Positions 19,171 through 29,227 of a stretch of DNA of 37,379 nucleotides are shown here, piece by piece. Made by a program: the position numbers and the translations under genes. Below the pieces are notes generated by a model, which saw only the letters and a program-made list of their open reading frames with translations, had not been told where the DNA came from and searched no databases. Position 1 is the first letter of the stretch; every line of letters starts with the position of its first letter. Location of the stretch: the NCBI GenBank assembly GCA_902384455.1, contig CABMCB010000077.1:1-37379 (forward strand), in the 5' to 3' direction. This stretch comes from an uncultured archaeon (GTDB lineage Archaea > Altiarchaeota > Altiarchaeia > IMC4 > SCGC-AAA252-I15).

Positions 19171-19886
19171 CACAAGTACACCCCGTATTCGACCCACTAC
19201 TTGGCGGCCAACTACAACCCGAAGTCGTAACGCTCGTCTACGGACCCCCTGCGTCCGGCAAAACAAACTTCTCCCTAATGGCCGCAGCAAAAGCCGCGGA
19301 AAAAGGGACGGTGATATACGTTGATCCTGAAGGCGGATTCAGTCCCGAACGATTCCGGCAAATCGCGGGGAAAAAATCCGACACGCTGTCAAAAAACATA
19401 CTTCTGCGCCGCCCCCACACCTTCGAGGAGCAGACCAAAGACATAGAGAACCTCGCCGCAGAAGTCGAGAAAAGAAACATTTCGCTCGTCATAGTCGACG
19501 GCATAGCAATGCTATACCGCGTGGAAGAAGGACGCGACATAAAGGCATTGGGAAGAAACCTCGCGCACCTGCTAAGGATAGCCAGGAAATACCAGCTGCC
19601 GGTGCTCGCCACAAACCAAGTATACCAAGACCCCGAAACCAAACGCAACGTACCAGTCGGAGGCCAACTGCTTTCTTACTGGTGCAAAGTAATCGTTGAG
19701 CTCGACTTCATCGACGACATACGCGTGGCGACATTGCGCAAACACCTGCATCAGCCGGAAGGACTGTCAGTCGCCTACAGGATAACACAAGAAGGTGTTG
19801 AAGCCCTCGGAGAAATGCAGCTAAGAAGCAGCCTAAAACCGCCGTTCCTTTCAACAGCGATCCGAATGCTCAAAAGAAGGAAATAA
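19167..19886 (+). CDS. radB: DNA repair and recombination protein RadB
   Basis: ATG 19167 overlaps the mre11 stop; LLGG, YGPPASGKTN, DPEGGFSPER, TNQVY, PVGG, RKH; no RadA N-terminal HhH domain. Confidence 0.9.
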   Translation: MTQVHPVFDPLLGGQLQPEVVTLVYGPPASGKTNFSLMAAAKAAEKGTVIYVDPEGGFSPERFRQIAGKKSDTLSKNILLRRPHTFEEQTKDIENLAAEVEKRNISLVIVDGIAMLYRVEEGRDIKALGRNLAHLLRIARKYQLPVLATNQVYQDPETKRNVPVGGQLLSYWCKVIVELDFIDDIRVATLRKHLHQPEGLSVAYRITQEGVEALGEMQLRSSLKPPFLSTAIRMLKRRK

Positions 19887-22784
19887 TCAGACCTTAAATC
19901 CGCTGAATTTCTCTTGCGCACCATCCGACTTCCCGCCGCCCAGACCCCCCCTAGCGTCGCCGCGCCCCCCGCCCCCAAGCTCCTTAGATAAACGAGCCAC
20001 GACCTCACCCGCATCCCTCTTAACGTCGCTTGAAGCAGCCACAACATTCACCTTAGGCCCGTCCACATTCAGGATAAGCAGGAAACGGCCGGGCTTTTCA
20101 GTCAGCTGCTTGGCCGTCTCAGTAAGCTGCTTGACGTTGACTGCGTGCGTCACATGCTTGACTGCTAAGGAGGAAGAAAACTTCTTTTCTATTTCCGCGG
20201 CGATATCGCCGGCAGACTTCTCCCCCTCCTTAGAAAGAATCTTCTCCGACTCCTTCCAAGCATCAAACAAAGCTACACAACTTTCAGGCAAAGTTCCGGC
20301 ACTCTTAACCGCGGCAGGCTTCAACCCAAGAGCCGCCAACTTCCCATTCCTCTCCCGCAATTCCTTAATGAAACGCTCAATTGTCGGCGGAATCTTATCC
20401 GGCTGAACCTTAAGCAGACGGCTGATAGAGGCGACATCCTCCACAGGATTAACCGGCGCAACAAACGCAAAACCCGCCTCATCAAGCAACTTCACAACCT
20501 GCTGCGCCAAACCAGACTCAACGTCAGACAACATCTTAGCGGCCTCTCCCGCCTTGAATTCTATCCGTACGACGCCGTCTTGTATGCGTTTGGCGCGAAC
20601 GATCTTTATGACTTCCGCCTCGCTCGTGTTGTTAAGGTGAGTTCCTCCGCAGGCTTCAGCGTCAACGCCTGGAATGTCTATGACTCGGAGAGTAAGGCCT
20701 GGTACTGCTCCTCCCTGGTAGAGCGTGAAACCGTATTTCCTCTCTGCTTCGTCTCGCGGCAAAATAAGCTTGTTTACGGGATGAGCTTCTTTGACTATCT
20801 TGTTCGCTTCATCCTCTATGCGCTTAAGTTCATCCGAAGAAACCGCTTTGTAATGAGTCACGTCCAATCGCGCCATGTCGACGCTCTTGTTGGCTCCCGC
20901 CTGCCATATGTGCGGCCCCAAAACCCTCTTTGCGGCGGCGTTGACTATGTGTGTTGAGGTGTGGTGCTGCATCAGCTGGCGTCTTCTGCCGCCGTCTATT
21001 TCTCCGATGACTTCGGCGCCCATCATGTACGCCATTCGCAGCGTAGTGGGGGTTTCAACGCGGTGAAGAACAACACCCTTGCCGGCTTTTTGAACGTCGA
21101 GCACTCGTACTCCGTTGAGCGTTCCAACGTCCTTCTCCTGGCCGCCTCCTTCAGGGTAAAAAAGCGTCTGGTCTAGGATTACCCAGTCGCCTAGTACGGC
21201 GAGCGCGTTGGCCGTAAACGACGTTTTTCCGTAGTATTCGGGGTCGTAGTACAACGGGTTTGTTTCCTGTATGCCTTCTGTCGGAGGAAGCTCTATCTTT
21301 ACTTCCTCCTTGCGGGCGTCTTGGTGGCGCTGCTCCACAAGCTGATAGAAATTGTCTGGCACGAGGATATCCTGCTTGATTGACTTAATCAGATCCGGGG
21401 GAATCCCCTGGCTGTCGTAGAGCTCCACAAGTCGGTCTGCGGTGAATTCAATCTTGGATTCAACCAACTTCCTGACGATGGCGTCGCCCTTCTTTCTGCC
21501 TTCTCGGTAACGCTCGTGCTCAACCGAGATGATGTCCATCAAGCTCCCAGTGTCCTTAAGATCAGTGAACCAGCTTCCGAACTCCTTAACGTGCTCCTCA
21601 AGGACATCCTCAAGCTCAACGTCAAAGCCATACTCGTCTATGAAACCCCAGCACCTGCGCAAAAGATTCCTCAAGTTATATCCGCCGCCCACGTTGCTGG
21701 GAAGCGCCCCGTCGTGAACGGCGACAAGAACATTCCTCGTATGCTCGCCGATTGCGTAAATGGCGCGCATCTTAAACACCTCCTTCTTGAGTTCCGCGAT
21801 AGGCACATCAAGGTCACCAGCAACCTGCGCCCAAACGCCACCAACGTCATCAACCTCATCAACATTAAGAAGCCCCGCATAACGCGCAAAAGGCGCCCAC
21901 AACCTCTTGTCCGGCGAAACGCCCGTTTTCCCGTACAAAAACTTCATAACCTTAGGGAAAACAGTGTCGTAACTCATAGGCACACCCTGACTAAACCAAC
22001 TCCACCGCTCAAGACCCGCGCCCATATCAATGACCCGCGTCTTCAACTCACGGTGACTCCCATCAGGCAACAACTCATACTGCATATAAACCTGATTCCC
22101 CAACTCCAAGCCCCTGCTGAAAAACTCCATACTCGGCCCGAAATTCCCGCCGCCAGCCCACACGTCCTCATGATAAACAATCTCATGCGCAGGAATACCC
22201 AGTCCCTTAGTCAAAAACTCATGCATCTGCAAGATGCCCTCATCCTTGAAATACACATACTTCTTCTCAGTGTTGAACGTATGCTGACCCACCATGATAA
22301 AACCCGTATAATGACGGCCGGTAATGCCCACCGAATCGATGTCCTGAAACCTAAGGCAAAACTGCGGCTCCAAAACAGCAGGGGCCGGAGGAGCCATCTC
22401 ACCCGCAACGACATACGGCTGGAAATCGTTGATTCCCGCGCTCACAAAATACAAATCCTCATACCACCTGCACACCACAGGATACCTCTGTATGGGAACA
22501 TAATCCCACTTCCTGAACGTGTCAACGTAAACGTCCCACGCCTCCTTATACCCAAACGGCTTCCTCGTCAGACGCTCCCCAATAAACCTGTAACCCCCAC
22601 TGCAAGAAGGCTCATCGCAGACCGTGCGGTCAGGCTGAGCAGTCCAAAAACCCCTCCCGCAACAAGAGCAAACCCTACGTTCAAAACCCACACTCCTCAA
22701 ACTCTTCACGGGATAATACTTCTCAAACTCCCTGTGGAAAACCGGCTTCATCTGCGCCTTAACAGCGCGAAAATCCATCGCCAT
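19887..22784 (-). CDS. alaS: Alanine--tRNA ligase, archaeal type
   Basis: N-terminal CxxC..C Zn motif, QFCLRF, VGITGRH, WAGGGNFGP, IDMGAGLER, editing HHTSTH and CGGTH, GGGGRG C-Ala end. Confidence 0.98.
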   Translation of the reverse strand: MAMDFRAVKAQMKPVFHREFEKYYPVKSLRSVGFERRVCSCCGRGFWTAQPDRTVCDEPSCSGGYRFIGERLTRKPFGYKEAWDVYVDTFRKWDYVPIQRYPVVCRWYEDLYFVSAGINDFQPYVVAGEMAPPAPAVLEPQFCLRFQDIDSVGITGRHYTGFIMVGQHTFNTEKKYVYFKDEGILQMHEFLTKGLGIPAHEIVYHEDVWAGGGNFGPSMEFFSRGLELGNQVYMQYELLPDGSHRELKTRVIDMGAGLERWSWFSQGVPMSYDTVFPKVMKFLYGKTGVSPDKRLWAPFARYAGLLNVDEVDDVGGVWAQVAGDLDVPIAELKKEVFKMRAIYAIGEHTRNVLVAVHDGALPSNVGGGYNLRNLLRRCWGFIDEYGFDVELEDVLEEHVKEFGSWFTDLKDTGSLMDIISVEHERYREGRKKGDAIVRKLVESKIEFTADRLVELYDSQGIPPDLIKSIKQDILVPDNFYQLVEQRHQDARKEEVKIELPPTEGIQETNPLYYDPEYYGKTSFTANALAVLGDWVILDQTLFYPEGGGQEKDVGTLNGVRVLDVQKAGKGVVLHRVETPTTLRMAYMMGAEVIGEIDGGRRRQLMQHHTSTHIVNAAAKRVLGPHIWQAGANKSVDMARLDVTHYKAVSSDELKRIEDEANKIVKEAHPVNKLILPRDEAERKYGFTLYQGGAVPGLTLRVIDIPGVDAEACGGTHLNNTSEAEVIKIVRAKRIQDGVVRIEFKAGEAAKMLSDVESGLAQQVVKLLDEAGFAFVAPVNPVEDVASISRLLKVQPDKIPPTIERFIKELRERNGKLAALGLKPAAVKSAGTLPESCVALFDAWKESEKILSKEGEKSAGDIAAEIEKKFSSSLAVKHVTHAVNVKQLTETAKQLTEKPGRFLLILNVDGPKVNVVAASSDVKRDAGEVVARLSKELGGGGRGDARGGLGGGKSDGAQEKFSGFKV

Positions 22785-22895
22785 AGTACAACCAAACGCA
22801 GAATACTATTCCACACCGCCCCATAAGAATAATCCGACAACACCAAACCACAGCCACGCGTTTCTTAAATCCCACCACGTAATAACTCACCCATA

Positions 22896-23756
22896 ATGAC
22901 CCTTCGAAAAAAACTCGCAGCCCAACAATTCGTAGTCACAGCAGAACTAACACCCCCAAAAGGAACAGACATAAAACCAACACTCGAAAAACTAGAACAC
23001 CTCAAAGACGCCGACGCCATAAACATCACAGACAACAACCGCAGCATAGTAAACATGAGCGGCCTCGCATTCTCCGCGCTGCTGGTATCCCGCGGAAAAG
23101 AACCAGTGTACCAAATAACCGCCCGCGACAGAAACCGCATGGCAATACAATCCGACCTAATGGGCGCACACGCACTCGGCATACACAACATACTCGCACT
23201 ACACGGAGACGACCCCTCCAAAGGAGACAACCCGCAATCAAAAGCAGTATTCGACCTAGACACACTAGCCATACTCTCCGCGGTCTCAGCCCTAAACGAA
23301 GGATCGGACCTGGCCGGAAACAAACTAAACGCCCCAACAGACCTGTTTCCAGGCGCAGCATGCGACCCAAACAAAAAAATCGAGGAAGAGCTCGCGCGAA
23401 TGCAGGCGAAACGCAACGCAGGCGCCAGATTCTTCCAAACCCAAATATTCTACGAAGCAGACAAATTCAGTAAATTCGCAGCCGAAACATCATCGCTGGA
23501 AGTCCCCATACTCGCAGGCATAACGCCCCTCAAATCAGAGAAGATGGCAAACTTCCTAAACGAAAAAGTCAAAGGAGTCCACGTGCCAAAAGAACTAATA
23601 CAAGAAATAAAAGAAAGCGCAAACCCCGAAGAAACAGGAATAGAACAGGCGGCCCGGCTAATCAAAGACATAAAAGACGACTGCGCAGGAATACACGTTA
23701 TGACAATAGGCGGAGAGAAAAACCTGCCGAAACTCCTGAAGCTCGCAAAAATCTAA
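22896..23756 (+). CDS. metF: Methylenetetrahydrofolate reductase
   Basis: TAELTPPKG, ITDN, RDRNRMAIQSDL, LALHGD, GARFFQTQ, AGIHVM. Confidence 0.93.
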   Translation: MTLRKKLAAQQFVVTAELTPPKGTDIKPTLEKLEHLKDADAINITDNNRSIVNMSGLAFSALLVSRGKEPVYQITARDRNRMAIQSDLMGAHALGIHNILALHGDDPSKGDNPQSKAVFDLDTLAILSAVSALNEGSDLAGNKLNAPTDLFPGAACDPNKKIEEELARMQAKRNAGARFFQTQIFYEADKFSKFAAETSSLEVPILAGITPLKSEKMANFLNEKVKGVHVPKELIQEIKESANPEETGIEQAARLIKDIKDDCAGIHVMTIGGEKNLPKLLKLAKI

Positions 23757-24643
23757 TGAACGCGCCTAAGGTAAATCCTGAAGGCGATGAAAAACAACAA
23801 CTCAAAAATAGTGCCAATCGCCGCCGGAAAAGCAGCCGCCGCCCCAAACAAACCCAGCGAAATAACGGTCGCAGCACCCAGATTCTTGTAGGCCGACAAC
23901 ATAGAGTATGCGATTCTGTCGTCGGACTTCAATTTAAGGAACCCGGTCATGTGCCACACGAAGAAGCCTGAAACGAAAGTCCTCGCAAAAAGAGCCAGCG
24001 TAAGAAGAAGCATCTGAGGATTCACGGAATGCAACGCAGCGCTGTTTAAGGCGATGACAGAGTAGCTGATGACCGCAAAACAAATATTAATTACTGCCTT
24101 ATTCAACGAAAACAAACCGTCGGGAAAACGCCTCAAAACCCGCGAAACAACAAAAGGCACGATAATCATAAGGAAAAGAAGCCACAGCAGATAACCCACG
24201 TCAACGGAATTGCCCAACAAAATAACCATCAACGCCGGAGCATACAAAAGAGCCCCCGCGTAAGACAAAGCAGACGCCGAAAGAGCAGCACCCCCATTGC
24301 CGCCCAAAAGAAAAGTAAAAGGAACAACAGCCACAGCAGGAGGAACAGCGGCCATCACTGCCATACCCCTGAAATAATCTACGTTATCCCTAAGGAAAAA
24401 CCCGCACGCAAGTATGAGTCCCGAAAGAAAAACATAATTCAAAGCAAACCCTAAAAAAGCCGGTTTAATGTTAGACTGAACCTCCTTCCAACTGAAAGCA
24501 AGCTGCCTCATAGACAAACTCATAGCCAAAACCAACGCCGGAACAATAAGGCCGCTCGTGAAAGACGCCCCTGCCGGGACTACCAACGCCAAAATGATGG
24601 CCGCAGAAAAGACTAGGCTGCTGTCTTCAACGTAGCGCCGCAT
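23753..24643 (-). CDS. BASS (bile acid:sodium symporter)-like membrane transporter
   Basis: About 9-10 hydrophobic helices, AAVPPAVA, GGN and YKNLG motifs; ATG 24643 avoids overlap with rdgB. Confidence 0.7.
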   Translation of the reverse strand: MRRYVEDSSLVFSAAIILALVVPAGASFTSGLIVPALVLAMSLSMRQLAFSWKEVQSNIKPAFLGFALNYVFLSGLILACGFFLRDNVDYFRGMAVMAAVPPAVAVVPFTFLLGGNGGAALSASALSYAGALLYAPALMVILLGNSVDVGYLLWLLFLMIIVPFVVSRVLRRFPDGLFSLNKAVINICFAVISYSVIALNSAALHSVNPQMLLLTLALFARTFVSGFFVWHMTGFLKLKSDDRIAYSMLSAYKNLGAATVISLGLFGAAAAFPAAIGTIFELLFFIAFRIYLRRVH

Positions 24644-24683
24644 TTTTTTACCTGAAAAAGAACATACTCCTTTCAACGGAAAA

Positions 24684-25259
24684 ATGAAGACTGTGTTGTT
24701 TGCCACGGGAAACGCCCATAAAATAGAGGAAGCAAACGAGGCCGCGCAAAAGTACGGCGTAAGATTCAGGCAGGTGAAATGCGGTCACCCTGAAATAAGG
24801 GCTGACTTCGTGGACGAAGTGGCTAAGGACAGTGTTCTCGGCTGCTATGCTCAAATCAAAAAACCTTTGATAGTAGAAGACACTGGGTTGTTCATAGACT
24901 CATTAAACGGGTTTCCTGGAGTTTACAGCGCCCACATATACAGGCTGCTTGGAAACAAGGGGATACTCCGGTTGCTGTCGGACTCTAAAGACCGCCGCGC
25001 AACATTCCACTGCGCGATATCTTACGCCGACGAAAAAGGAGTCAAAACGTTCCTGGGTAGCGTACCTGGAACCATAACGACCGAAGAACGCGGCGAAGGA
25101 GGATTCGGATACGACCCCATATTCCTCCCCGCCGGATACGCTAAGACGTGGGGCGAAGACCGCTTGGCAAAAAAGAACCTAAGCCACCGAGTCAAAGCCG
25201 TAGAATCATTGTGTAAATGGCTTAACCAGCAGGCTCCTCCTGGCCGTAAACCGCAATAA
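24684..25259 (+). CDS. rdgB: Non-canonical purine NTP pyrophosphatase (RdgB/HAM1)
   Basis: FATGNAHK, VEDTGL, GFPGVYS, GFGYDPIF, SHR. Confidence 0.96.
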   Translation: MKTVLFATGNAHKIEEANEAAQKYGVRFRQVKCGHPEIRADFVDEVAKDSVLGCYAQIKKPLIVEDTGLFIDSLNGFPGVYSAHIYRLLGNKGILRLLSDSKDRRATFHCAISYADEKGVKTFLGSVPGTITTEERGEGGFGYDPIFLPAGYAKTWGEDRLAKKNLSHRVKAVESLCKWLNQQAPPGRKPQ

Positions 25260-26421
25260 GCTGATTGCCCAAATCAAACAAAGTCAAGCTGACGTTAATC
25301 TTATCGCCTGCCTTCCTGTTCAGACCCATGATAACCGGGAAAGCATCGGGACTCTGAACAACCGCACTCTTATTGTCGACAATCAACTCAGGAGCGACAT
25401 CCGCCACCCCATAACGCATGAAAGACAAATTCCCAGCCCCGGCAGAAGCAAAAACCCGCTCGGCATCGGAAATCGACACGTTCAAAGGCAAACTAGCGAC
25501 AACAACACCCCTCTCCAAGGAATAATTCAAGCCCAAACTGGAAACCCACAACTCAACAGCAGAAACATCCCCCTTATACACCGAAAGCACCGAAGAATTG
25601 CCGAACTTAGACAAAGACACATTCCCTTCGCCAAAATAAGGCGGAACACTACCATCCACAACAACACGAGGAGGCTGAGAATCAACGCTAGAACCCGGGA
25701 AAACACCCCCCACAACAGAAGCATTAAAAGAACCCTCAAAATCACCCTGAACCCTAAAGCCAGAAACATTCAATATAACCGCCGGAATAACACGGCCCTC
25801 GGCCACAGCACTCCGCTCCAAAGCTATAAACCCAAGAGAATCAGACCCCGACATCTTCTGCAAAACAAGGGCCTTAACGAGGCTTCCTGAAGAAAGGTCC
25901 ACTTCGCCAAGAAGCGTCAAAGCAGTCTGAGGGCCCCTGAAATAAGACGCCTTATACTCCTCAAGTAAAGTGTAATCGCGGATAAAACCCCGGACGCTCC
26001 TGTCCAAAGCATCCCTCACATCCCTGCCAGTTCCATTAACAGCATACCTGAAAAGAACAAAAGAATCGGAAACCTCCATCGTCGCACCCAAAACGCCGGC
26101 AGGCCTCACCTGAAGCAAAGAAACTGCGTCCTGCTGCTGCAAAGTGGAACCAAACTTGGGGAAAACAACGTAAGCGTTAGATTTACCCTCCACCCTAAGG
26201 ACGGTTTCATTGCCCAAAGGAACAGCGTCATACTGGACAAAAGAGGGGACGCCAGAAGAATTATCCGACTGAGGCACGTCCGTAGGATTCAAACCAACAT
26301 ACAAACCAGAAACGAGCATGGTAAAGCCGACCAAAAAAATAATGAACTTCTGCCGAGGCTTGATGCCCTTCTTCTCCTTAACATCATCCTGAACCCTCCT
26401 GCGCGAACCCTTCTTAGCCAT
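25222..26421 (-). CDS. Hypothetical exported protein with a single N-terminal membrane anchor
   Basis: Basic N-terminus MAKKGSRRR, hydrophobic FIIFLVGFTMLVSGLYVGL, V/S/G-rich ectodomain with several NxS/T sequons. Confidence 0.75.
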   Translation of the reverse strand: MAKKGSRRRVQDDVKEKKGIKPRQKFIIFLVGFTMLVSGLYVGLNPTDVPQSDNSSGVPSFVQYDAVPLGNETVLRVEGKSNAYVVFPKFGSTLQQQDAVSLLQVRPAGVLGATMEVSDSFVLFRYAVNGTGRDVRDALDRSVRGFIRDYTLLEEYKASYFRGPQTALTLLGEVDLSSGSLVKALVLQKMSGSDSLGFIALERSAVAEGRVIPAVILNVSGFRVQGDFEGSFNASVVGGVFPGSSVDSQPPRVVVDGSVPPYFGEGNVSLSKFGNSSVLSVYKGDVSAVELWVSSLGLNYSLERGVVVASLPLNVSISDAERVFASAGAGNLSFMRYGVADVAPELIVDNKSAVVQSPDAFPVIMGLNRKAGDKINVSLTLFDLGNQLIAVYGQEEPAG

Positions 26422-26475
26422 AACAAACCTTAGACCTATGTATTTTAATTCGCAAATTAAAATCAATTCCTCACG

Positions 26476-27180
26476 ATGGCCACAAGATTCCTAAAAATAG
26501 ACTACACAGCCCGCGTAAAAGACGGGAAAATATTCGACACCACACACAAAGAAGAAGCCCAAAAAGCAGGCATATACGACGAACACCACGTCTACCGCCC
26601 ACTACCAGTAATAGTAGGGCAAAAACAAGTCCCAGACGGAGTAGACGAAGCCCTAGCCGAAATACCCTCCGGCGAAACACGAACAATAAACGTGCCACCA
26701 GAAAAAGCATTCGGCGAAAGAAACCCCGCCCTAATACGCCTAATACCACTCAAACTATTCAAAGAAAGAAAAATAAACCCCGTACCAGGCCTACCCATAG
26801 AAGTAGACCGCATGCAAGGCCGCGTCCAAACCGTAAGCGGAGGCCGCGTCCGAGTCGACTTCAACCACGAGCTTGCCGGGAAAGAACTGGTTTACGACGT
26901 CACAGTCAAGGCGGAAGCGAAATCCGACCACGAGAAAGCCGACTTCCTAGTTGAAAGAAGCTTCAACGAAGCGAAAGACCTGTCGTTTACCTACGAGAAA
27001 GGAAAGCTGACGGTAACTTTGACGCCGGCCATAGCCCGCGACAGAAACATTTTGGCTAGGAAGGCGAATTTGGCGGCGGAGTCGTTCCTTTACCTTACGG
27101 CAAAAACCGTGACTTTCACCGAGAACTGGGAGAACCCAGAGGAAAAGAAGGCGGACGAAAAAGCGGAAACCAAAGAATAA
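26476..27180 (+). CDS. Long-type archaeal FKBP peptidyl-prolyl isomerase (SlyD-like)
   Basis: IDYT, IFDTT, PPEKAFGER, SGGRVRVDFNHELAGK plus a C-terminal extension. Confidence 0.93.
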   Translation: MATRFLKIDYTARVKDGKIFDTTHKEEAQKAGIYDEHHVYRPLPVIVGQKQVPDGVDEALAEIPSGETRTINVPPEKAFGERNPALIRLIPLKLFKERKINPVPGLPIEVDRMQGRVQTVSGGRVRVDFNHELAGKELVYDVTVKAEAKSDHEKADFLVERSFNEAKDLSFTYEKGKLTVTLTPAIARDRNILARKANLAAESFLYLTAKTVTFTENWENPEEKKADEKAETKE

Positions 27181-27188
27181 GGGTTCAT

Positions 27189-27848
27189 ATGAGGGTTGTA
27201 CACGTACCCTGCTACGCAAAAGAAAAGCTCACGCCATTCAACCACGCGCACATACTTGTCCTAAGGCTATACGGGAAAATAGGCGTCTTGACCACGGCTC
27301 AATATGCCAACCAGCTGAGTCAAGTAGTCGAGTACCTAAACCACTATCAGATACCTGCCGTGGAGGGCGGCGTAATACTAGGCTGCAACCAAAACTCGGC
27401 GGAAAAAATAGAACACCAAGTTGACGCCTACCTATACATAGGAACAGGCCGTTTCCATCCGCTTGGGGTAGCATTTAAAACCCGCAAGAAAGTTCTCCTA
27501 CTTAATCCTACGGCAAAAACCCTTGAGGAACTGTCTGAGGACGAAAAAAGCCTATGGGAAACTCAACGACGCCTCCGACTACAAAAAGCCGCAGCAGCAC
27601 AAACATTCGGCATAGCAGTATCAACACGCGACGGCCAGTTCAGCCTTGAAAACGCTTTGGAACTCAAAAAGAAGCTGGAAGCTAAAGGCAAAAAAGCATT
27701 CATCTTCGCAGGCGACTCATTCAACCCCGACTCAACGCTTGGAACAGAAGTGGACGCGTGGATAAACACTGCTTGCCCTAGAATCACCAATGACCACTTC
27801 GAAAAGGCAGTACTAAACCCGGAAGAAATCGACGAAATAATGGGTTAA
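27189..27848 (+). CDS. dph2: Diphthamide synthesis protein Dph2, short form
   Basis: TTAQY, ILGC, YIGTGRFHP, GQF, NTACPRI; only 219 aa. Confidence 0.85.
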   Translation: MRVVHVPCYAKEKLTPFNHAHILVLRLYGKIGVLTTAQYANQLSQVVEYLNHYQIPAVEGGVILGCNQNSAEKIEHQVDAYLYIGTGRFHPLGVAFKTRKKVLLLNPTAKTLEELSEDEKSLWETQRRLRLQKAAAAQTFGIAVSTRDGQFSLENALELKKKLEAKGKKAFIFAGDSFNPDSTLGTEVDAWINTACPRITNDHFEKAVLNPEEIDEIMG

Positions 27849-29077
27849 TGCTCTCTTACCTTCGCTGTGAACTCGCAGCAACCGTCGCCGTTGGCAATGC
27901 ATAATTTCTCGTCCACTTGCCATCGTTCGCCTGTCGATTGAACCAGTAAACCCTCAATTATTCCTGCTATAAACAAATCAAGCTTCATGCCGATGTCGCT
28001 AACACCTGCGCTATACGCGGACTCTGTCAACTCAATGTTCACCCGTCCCTCAGAAACCTTCGTCGGCTTCTGAAGCAACCCCACCTTCTGCTGCTTAAAA
28101 ACATTGCGTGCAAAATCCCATACCTCCTCTTCTTTGTGTAGTCCTGCCTTCTGCGCTAACGTCTTACCACACTTTACGCCGCTGTACTTCTCAAGAATCC
28201 GATGACCCTCAGTAGCACGCATCATATAAAAAACCTCCACCTGTTCACCGGATATGTGGACGATGTCCTTCAGTTTCACTCTACCGCTTGGTTTGTTTTC
28301 AACTATGTCGCCCACCAATTTTTCGAATATCCTCTCATATTCGTCCTCGTCAGCTGAAGGTAAAGGATAATCTATCTCCCCCGTCTTTGGGTGCAACTGA
28401 TACTCAAAATACTTTTCATCTCCCCTCCGAACTTCAGTGCCTATGCACTTCATGTTGCATAACGCTTCCAAGTTTCCGCCAAGAATATTCAATGTCATAA
28501 AATCAGTAGCATCAGACCCAAGGTAAGCCAACTGTCCTTCGTCGACTCTGAACTTGATTTGTAGACCTCTTCTGTCTATAGAAACGAGAGAAACAACCCC
28601 TTGATGAACTTCGCCCCATCCCCGTGTGAGCATCTTATGAACTTCACTATTATCTACAACCTTCCAGAACAGTCCAGTCCTACCGACTAAATCGACGACT
28701 TTGCTCAACTTCATAGTCCTCAAAGCGTGATCTACGCTATGGTACCCTATCATCCTGTACATCTCACATAGTTCCCCTGTGCATCTCGGCTGAATAGAAG
28801 AAAGTGAAAACGTTTTTATGTTAGAAAAATGAACCCCAATAAAATCACCGAGAATAGGTCGAATTGGTTTGATTTTAGCATACGGGGCAGTACCTACGTT
28901 CTCCACTGCCTTAAACTTCTTGTAGAATACTTCTCCCCCCTTCTCAACCCACGGCTGCCGCAAACGTTCAATGCTGTATCCCCCATAAGGTCGCTTGAAC
29001 TCCTTGGCGTTGATGCCGCATTCTGGACAGAATTTCCACTTACTCTGAACCACACTCTCGCAGACAGGACACTTCAT
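27845..29077 (-). CDS. Zinc-ribbon plus tandem V4R-domain protein
   Basis: CPVC-x10-CPECG N-terminus; C-terminal AGIIEG...VDEKLCIANGDGCCEF V4R signature; a degenerate earlier copy. Confidence 0.8.
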   Translation of the reverse strand: MKCPVCESVVQSKWKFCPECGINAKEFKRPYGGYSIERLRQPWVEKGGEVFYKKFKAVENVGTAPYAKIKPIRPILGDFIGVHFSNIKTFSLSSIQPRCTGELCEMYRMIGYHSVDHALRTMKLSKVVDLVGRTGLFWKVVDNSEVHKMLTRGWGEVHQGVVSLVSIDRRGLQIKFRVDEGQLAYLGSDATDFMTLNILGGNLEALCNMKCIGTEVRRGDEKYFEYQLHPKTGEIDYPLPSADEDEYERIFEKLVGDIVENKPSGRVKLKDIVHISGEQVEVFYMMRATEGHRILEKYSGVKCGKTLAQKAGLHKEEEVWDFARNVFKQQKVGLLQKPTKVSEGRVNIELTESAYSAGVSDIGMKLDLFIAGIIEGLLVQSTGERWQVDEKLCIANGDGCCEFTAKVREH

Positions 29078-29227
29078 GGCACCAAACCAAGACCGGTCGA
29101 ATCCAGTCAAACTCTATTCAACTTAAGAACCAAGAAATAAAATCGAAAATTCCAAAAATCAGTATTAAACCCGCGGGAACTCGAAGAAATACTGGGTTAA
29201 GTCGGCAGAACCCGGATACGCAGGCGA

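Noticed and set aside
4387-22784. Inteins or introns in cdc48, radB or alaS
   Set aside because: Lengths are ordinary and I saw no intein splice or LAGLIDADG motifs.
21516-22826. 436-aa ORF antisense to alaS
   Set aside because: Shadow frame: the A/C-rich + strand lacks stop codons, the translation has no motifs, and alaS is unambiguous.
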